64,000 bases of DNA from contig JAKMXF010000319.1 of assembly GCA_024704765.1 (NCBI GenBank), positions 301,464 to 365,463 on the forward strand, written 5' to 3'. Position 1 is the first letter of the stretch; the number at the start of each line of letters is the position of its first letter. The notes beneath the pieces are model-generated. The model made no database searches. It was not told the origin of the DNA and was given only the letters and a program-made list of their open reading frames with translations. Both the position numbers and the translations under genes were made by a program. Source of the stretch: Oopsacas minuta (Eukaryota > Animalia > Porifera). Positions 60,083 through 64,000 of this stretch are shown piece by piece.

Positions 60083-60485
60083 CCTAATATGTTCAATTCT
60101 TTCTGAAGTCTGGAAGAGATTTTGGAATTATTTGTTATGATATTTTGTAGTATTTCACAGGTCTTTTCGTGATCTCCTAACCCTGATCATGAAGCAGCCA
60201 TTCTAAATTGAATTTTGCCAGCAGTGGTGTCAAGTTTCGCGGCAGTCTCTGCATCTGAGAGAGATCTTTCAAAATGTTCCAACTGGATATAGCATTGAGC
60301 TCGATTGCTCCAATAGACATGATTGACCTTGCCTATATCAATTGAGAGGGAAAAGCAACTGATTGCCCTTTCATAGCTCTCTGTTTTGTAGTATTCGTTT
60401 CCTTCCTTCTTGCAATCATCCCTAGATTTCCATGGATACAATCTTGTTTCTAAAATCACAATAACTTCATCTGGAGATTCTTGTC
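60083..60485 (-). pseudogene. TPR-repeat gene fragment with a premature stop
   Basis: KKEGNEYYK..YERAISCFS.SI...YWSNRAQCYIQL..F..SLSDA.TA..LD....K..FR; TGA at 60187 followed by in-frame SGLGDHEK. Confidence 0.75.
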
Positions 60486-60554
60486 GAATATATATATATA
60501 TATATATAAGGATCTATCAGAATCTACACATAATTCGACTATAATTATTATATC

Positions 60555-61884
60555 GTGACCTCGAATGTTGACTAAAGTTCATTGTATCTAGGATTCTTTC
60601 CTCCTGCCTTTGGTTAAATGTAACATAACTATCATGATAATTCCATGTAATACGAAGGTAAATCTCATCTGTATGCTTCGCTCTCTAAACTTTGGCTGAT
60701 CTTTGACGAAACAAAACCTGTATTTTCAAGTATTTTTCCAAGGTCTAATCATTCTTTTGGGATAAAACGAAGAGAGACATCACCTAAACTTTTTCCATAA
60801 CTTTGTATTAGACTCAAAGTGGCCATCAACAATTACCTAGCCATCAATACAATTTGTCGAAATTGTGTCATTCAAAAGTTGGCTCGTTGTTGAGTTAAGG
60901 TAGAGACCATGGATGACAATTTTTAATGAATATTCAATTAGGGAACGCGGCATTAGTTCTATTCCTCTAGTAGTCATTAGTTCTAATTTTCTTTTGTAGA
61001 CGTTAGTTCTACTTTTTCAATGTGTCCATTTAGGCGCTGCATTAGGTCGAATTAAAATGTTGTGATAGATCGAATTTATTTTAGCTATGTTGTCGATAGA
61101 TTGTTATAGAAAATGGATTTATAGAAACGAGGACGTGATAGGACATTTTATTGTATTAATTATAAACCCGTACCATTGGGAAGGGATTAGGGATTTTGTT
61201 CACTACCTTATCGGTATGGGAGTTTTCATTTGTACTCGTTATTAAGCTACCTAGGGGCGGGGATGTAGAGTCCATTACTAATTTTGTGTTTGGATGGACT
61301 TTTGTTGGATTAATTTGTAGAAGCACTGCCAATTTTCTGAGTAGAACTTTTGCCTACACATTGAAAAGTAGAACTAACGCCAATTTCCGAGTAGAACTAA
61401 CGCCAATTTTCCAAGTAGAACTATTACTACACATTGAAAAAGTAGAACTAACGTCTACAAAAGAAAATTAGAACTTATGACTACTAGAGTAATAGAACTA
61501 ATGCCGCGTTCCCTAATTGAATATTCATTAAAAATTGTCATCCATGGTCTCTACCTTAACTCAACAACGAGCCAACTTTTGAATGACACAATTTCGACAA
61601 ATTGTATTGATGGCTAGGTAATTGTTGGTGGCCACTGAGTCTAATACAAAGTTTAGGTGATGCCTCTCTTCGTTTTATCCCAAAAGAATGATTAGACCTT
61701 GGAAAAATACTTGAAATACAGATTTTGTTTCGTCAAAGATCAGCCAAAGTTTAGAGAGCGAAGCATACAGATGAGATTTACCCACGTATTACATGGAATT
61801 ATCATGATAATTATATTACATTTAACCAAAGGCAGGAGGAAAGAATCCTAGATGCAACGAACTTTAGTCAACATTCGAGGTCAC
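60555..61884. mobile_element. 1330-bp foldback element with about 470-bp inverted arms
   Basis: GTGACCTCGAATGTTGACTAAAGTTC... matched by ...GAACTTTAGTCAACATTCGAGGTCAC; internal AGTAGAACTAACG repeats; no TSD. Confidence 0.85.
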
Positions 61885-63493
61885 TTCATTTGTACAACTC
61901 TAATCTTGTTTACATAGGAGTATTATCTCTAGAGGAGATGGATTACAGCTGATGAATATATATTTCTTCTGTATTGACAATTCTAACAATATTCTTGTTG
62001 CAGATTGTTCTTTTCACTATATTAATTTTTTCGACTCTCAATTTGATGTAATACAGGGTGGTTCAAAAAAATGGAAACCCATTTTTGTTTTAGACCTTCT
62101 TAGTCATTTTTAGTTATACCCAATACCATTTTAAGATAGTATGTTAGCTAACACCTCTGATTTGCCTAAATCAAGGCAGTGGACAACTCAAGAGCGAGTA
62201 TGGTGTGTTCAGAAATATTTAGAGACTAAGTCGTTTGTGAAAACGCAACAGAACTTTTTACATTGATTCGGGACGGAACTAGCCCCAACCAAATCCGCCA
62301 TATTCAAGATGGTGAAGAAGTTTCAATATGCAGGCACTGTCAAGAACCTTAATAAGAAGTGTAAAGACAGAGAAACTCATTCTGGAAGAAAGAGACTGCG
62401 CACGTCCCATGTTATTGCTATGGTTCGGAGTCAGTTGAACAGTCACCAAAACGATCGACCAGAAAAAGGTCACAAACCTTGCCCATATCAAGGTCTACAA
62501 TGATGAGAGTGACCGAAGATCTGGGCATGTTCCCATACCGGATACAAACACACCAGAAGCTTTCTGAAGCTGATAAGAATAGGAGAAAGGAGATGACAAA
62601 AGTTCTCCTCGACAAGATTGAAGAGTCTGACACATTTCTGAAGAATCTCTGGACTACTGACGAGGCCCACTTTCACTTGGACGGTCAAGTGAATTCAAAG
62701 AATAATGTATATTGGGGTACTTCGCCTCCTGCAGAAGTCGCTGTAAGACCACTCCATTCATGCAAGGTCACAGTATGGGTTGCGATATCTTCAAGAGGAA
62801 TGGAGTGACTGTAACCGTGAACTCAGAACGATACATTGGGGTTCTTGACAAGTTTTGGATGGAGCTTCAGAGAAGATTCAACTCAACTTTGAACAAACAG
62901 TGGTTCTAGCAGGACGGTGCAGCGCCCCATACTGCCAATGTCAGCATTGAATGGCTGAAGCAGCACTTCAAGAAGAGAATTGTAAGCAGACGGTGCCAAA
63001 TTGAGTGACCACCCTATTTTCCAGACCTTAGTCCCCAGATTTCTATCTGTGGGGTTATCTTAAGAACAAAGTGTATGAAGAGAAGTCGAGAGATTTAAAC
63101 CAGCTGAAAGAGAAAATCAAAGACGAGATAAGTGCAATAGAGGGACCTGTTTTGAAAGCTGTCATGCAGAACTTCACTTTCAGGATCAAAAAATGTATCG
63201 AGGTGAACGGAGGGCATATGTAGCACATCTTATAAATCACCACTTATCCTTAAATTAGAATGATTATGCTTTGAATGCTTTTAGTAGATTGCTAGAATTG
63301 TATAATTAGAAAGTTTCATTGACTTTGAACAGAAAATAGCAGGGCTATAGGAATTTCAAAGGGGGTTTCCATTTTTTTGAACCACCCGGTACACAAGATT
63401 TCTATAGCTTTTCTCAGCGTTATTACACTAGATAACAAAGGAAGAGTTATTGTAGTTTGTTATGGTAAACAAACTCGTCTCAATATATTTTGA
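61885..63493 (+). pseudogene. NHL subfamily B copy 3: 3' part only, interrupted by a mariner
   Basis: 61885-62053 and 63390-63493 align to the 3' end of B1/B2; the 3' flank matches that of B2. Confidence 0.8.
62054..63389 (+). mobile_element. Tc1/mariner element, DD41D (rosa-like), defective
   Basis: TIRs C(A/C)GGGTGGTTCAAAAAAATGGAAACCC, TA duplication. LWTTDEAHF and QDGAAPH...PDLSPxDF give 41 positions between the 2nd and 3rd D after correcting one frameshift; stops present. Confidence 0.88.
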
Positions 63494-64000
63494 TAATTTT
63501 TCTATTTTACAGTATGCTTACACTTGTTTATGTTTTCTTTTTGGAATAACTCATTTGTTACATTTGTACTAATTATACTCTTCCCATATTATATATTATA
63601 TTTCTGATTTTGCTATTAACTTCAAATTGCTAATCTAAAACCGCGATACGATATTCCCCATAATTCAGATAACCAAAAGCCACGTAGGAGCTCCATTAAA
63701 TGGAATTTGGAAAGACCATGGATGTTTACAAATTCACAAAAATTAACCTCAAGGCACGTAGTGCTGAGTATATCCCGTCGCGTAGATATCCAAAAGCACT
63801 GACAACTGTGGTTGTTTCATATATTTTTTAATATATGGGGAAAAGTTCGGGTATACTTCTTCCCTAGCAAGCGAAGCACGCTAGTATCCAATTATAACCC
63901 AATAACACAGGTCAACAAAATTTAACTTCATTTTCTCATCAAGTATTAGATTGACATTTTCTAAGCTAGTTTTTTACGCTGAATTCAAATCTGCTTTCAG

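Noticed and set aside
61196-61471. 91-aa ORF with repeated VELT motifs
   Set aside because: Translation of the foldback's internal AGTAGAACTAACG repeats.

Overview
AT-rich eukaryotic (animal) genomic DNA with very few introns; there are no prokaryotic features. The style resembles a compact sponge genome such as a glass sponge, but that is inference, not a database hit. (1) 1-32.2 kb: a tandem array of five intact, intronless coiled-coil + 6-blade NHL beta-propeller genes (421-423 aa) and a sixth upstream module that lacks its gene. The spacers hold different decayed DNA transposons (MULE x3, hAT x3, a DD37D mariner, MITEs/foldbacks) and an eIF4E pseudogene. The five NHL genes have near-identical N-termini, but vary strongly at the same two loop positions in every blade, and each copy is a patchwork of tracts shared with different paralogs. 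This is the main finding: a candidate diversifying recognition-protein array. (2) 33-48 kb: housekeeping genes HIBADH, VPS26C/DSCR3 and a 3-exon BIG-type Sec7 ARF-GEF. (3) 48-64 kb: MITE-rich DNA, a 74-aa membrane microprotein, a second NHL subfamily whose copies here are all broken, a TPR pseudogene, a 1.3-kb foldback element and a DD41D mariner.
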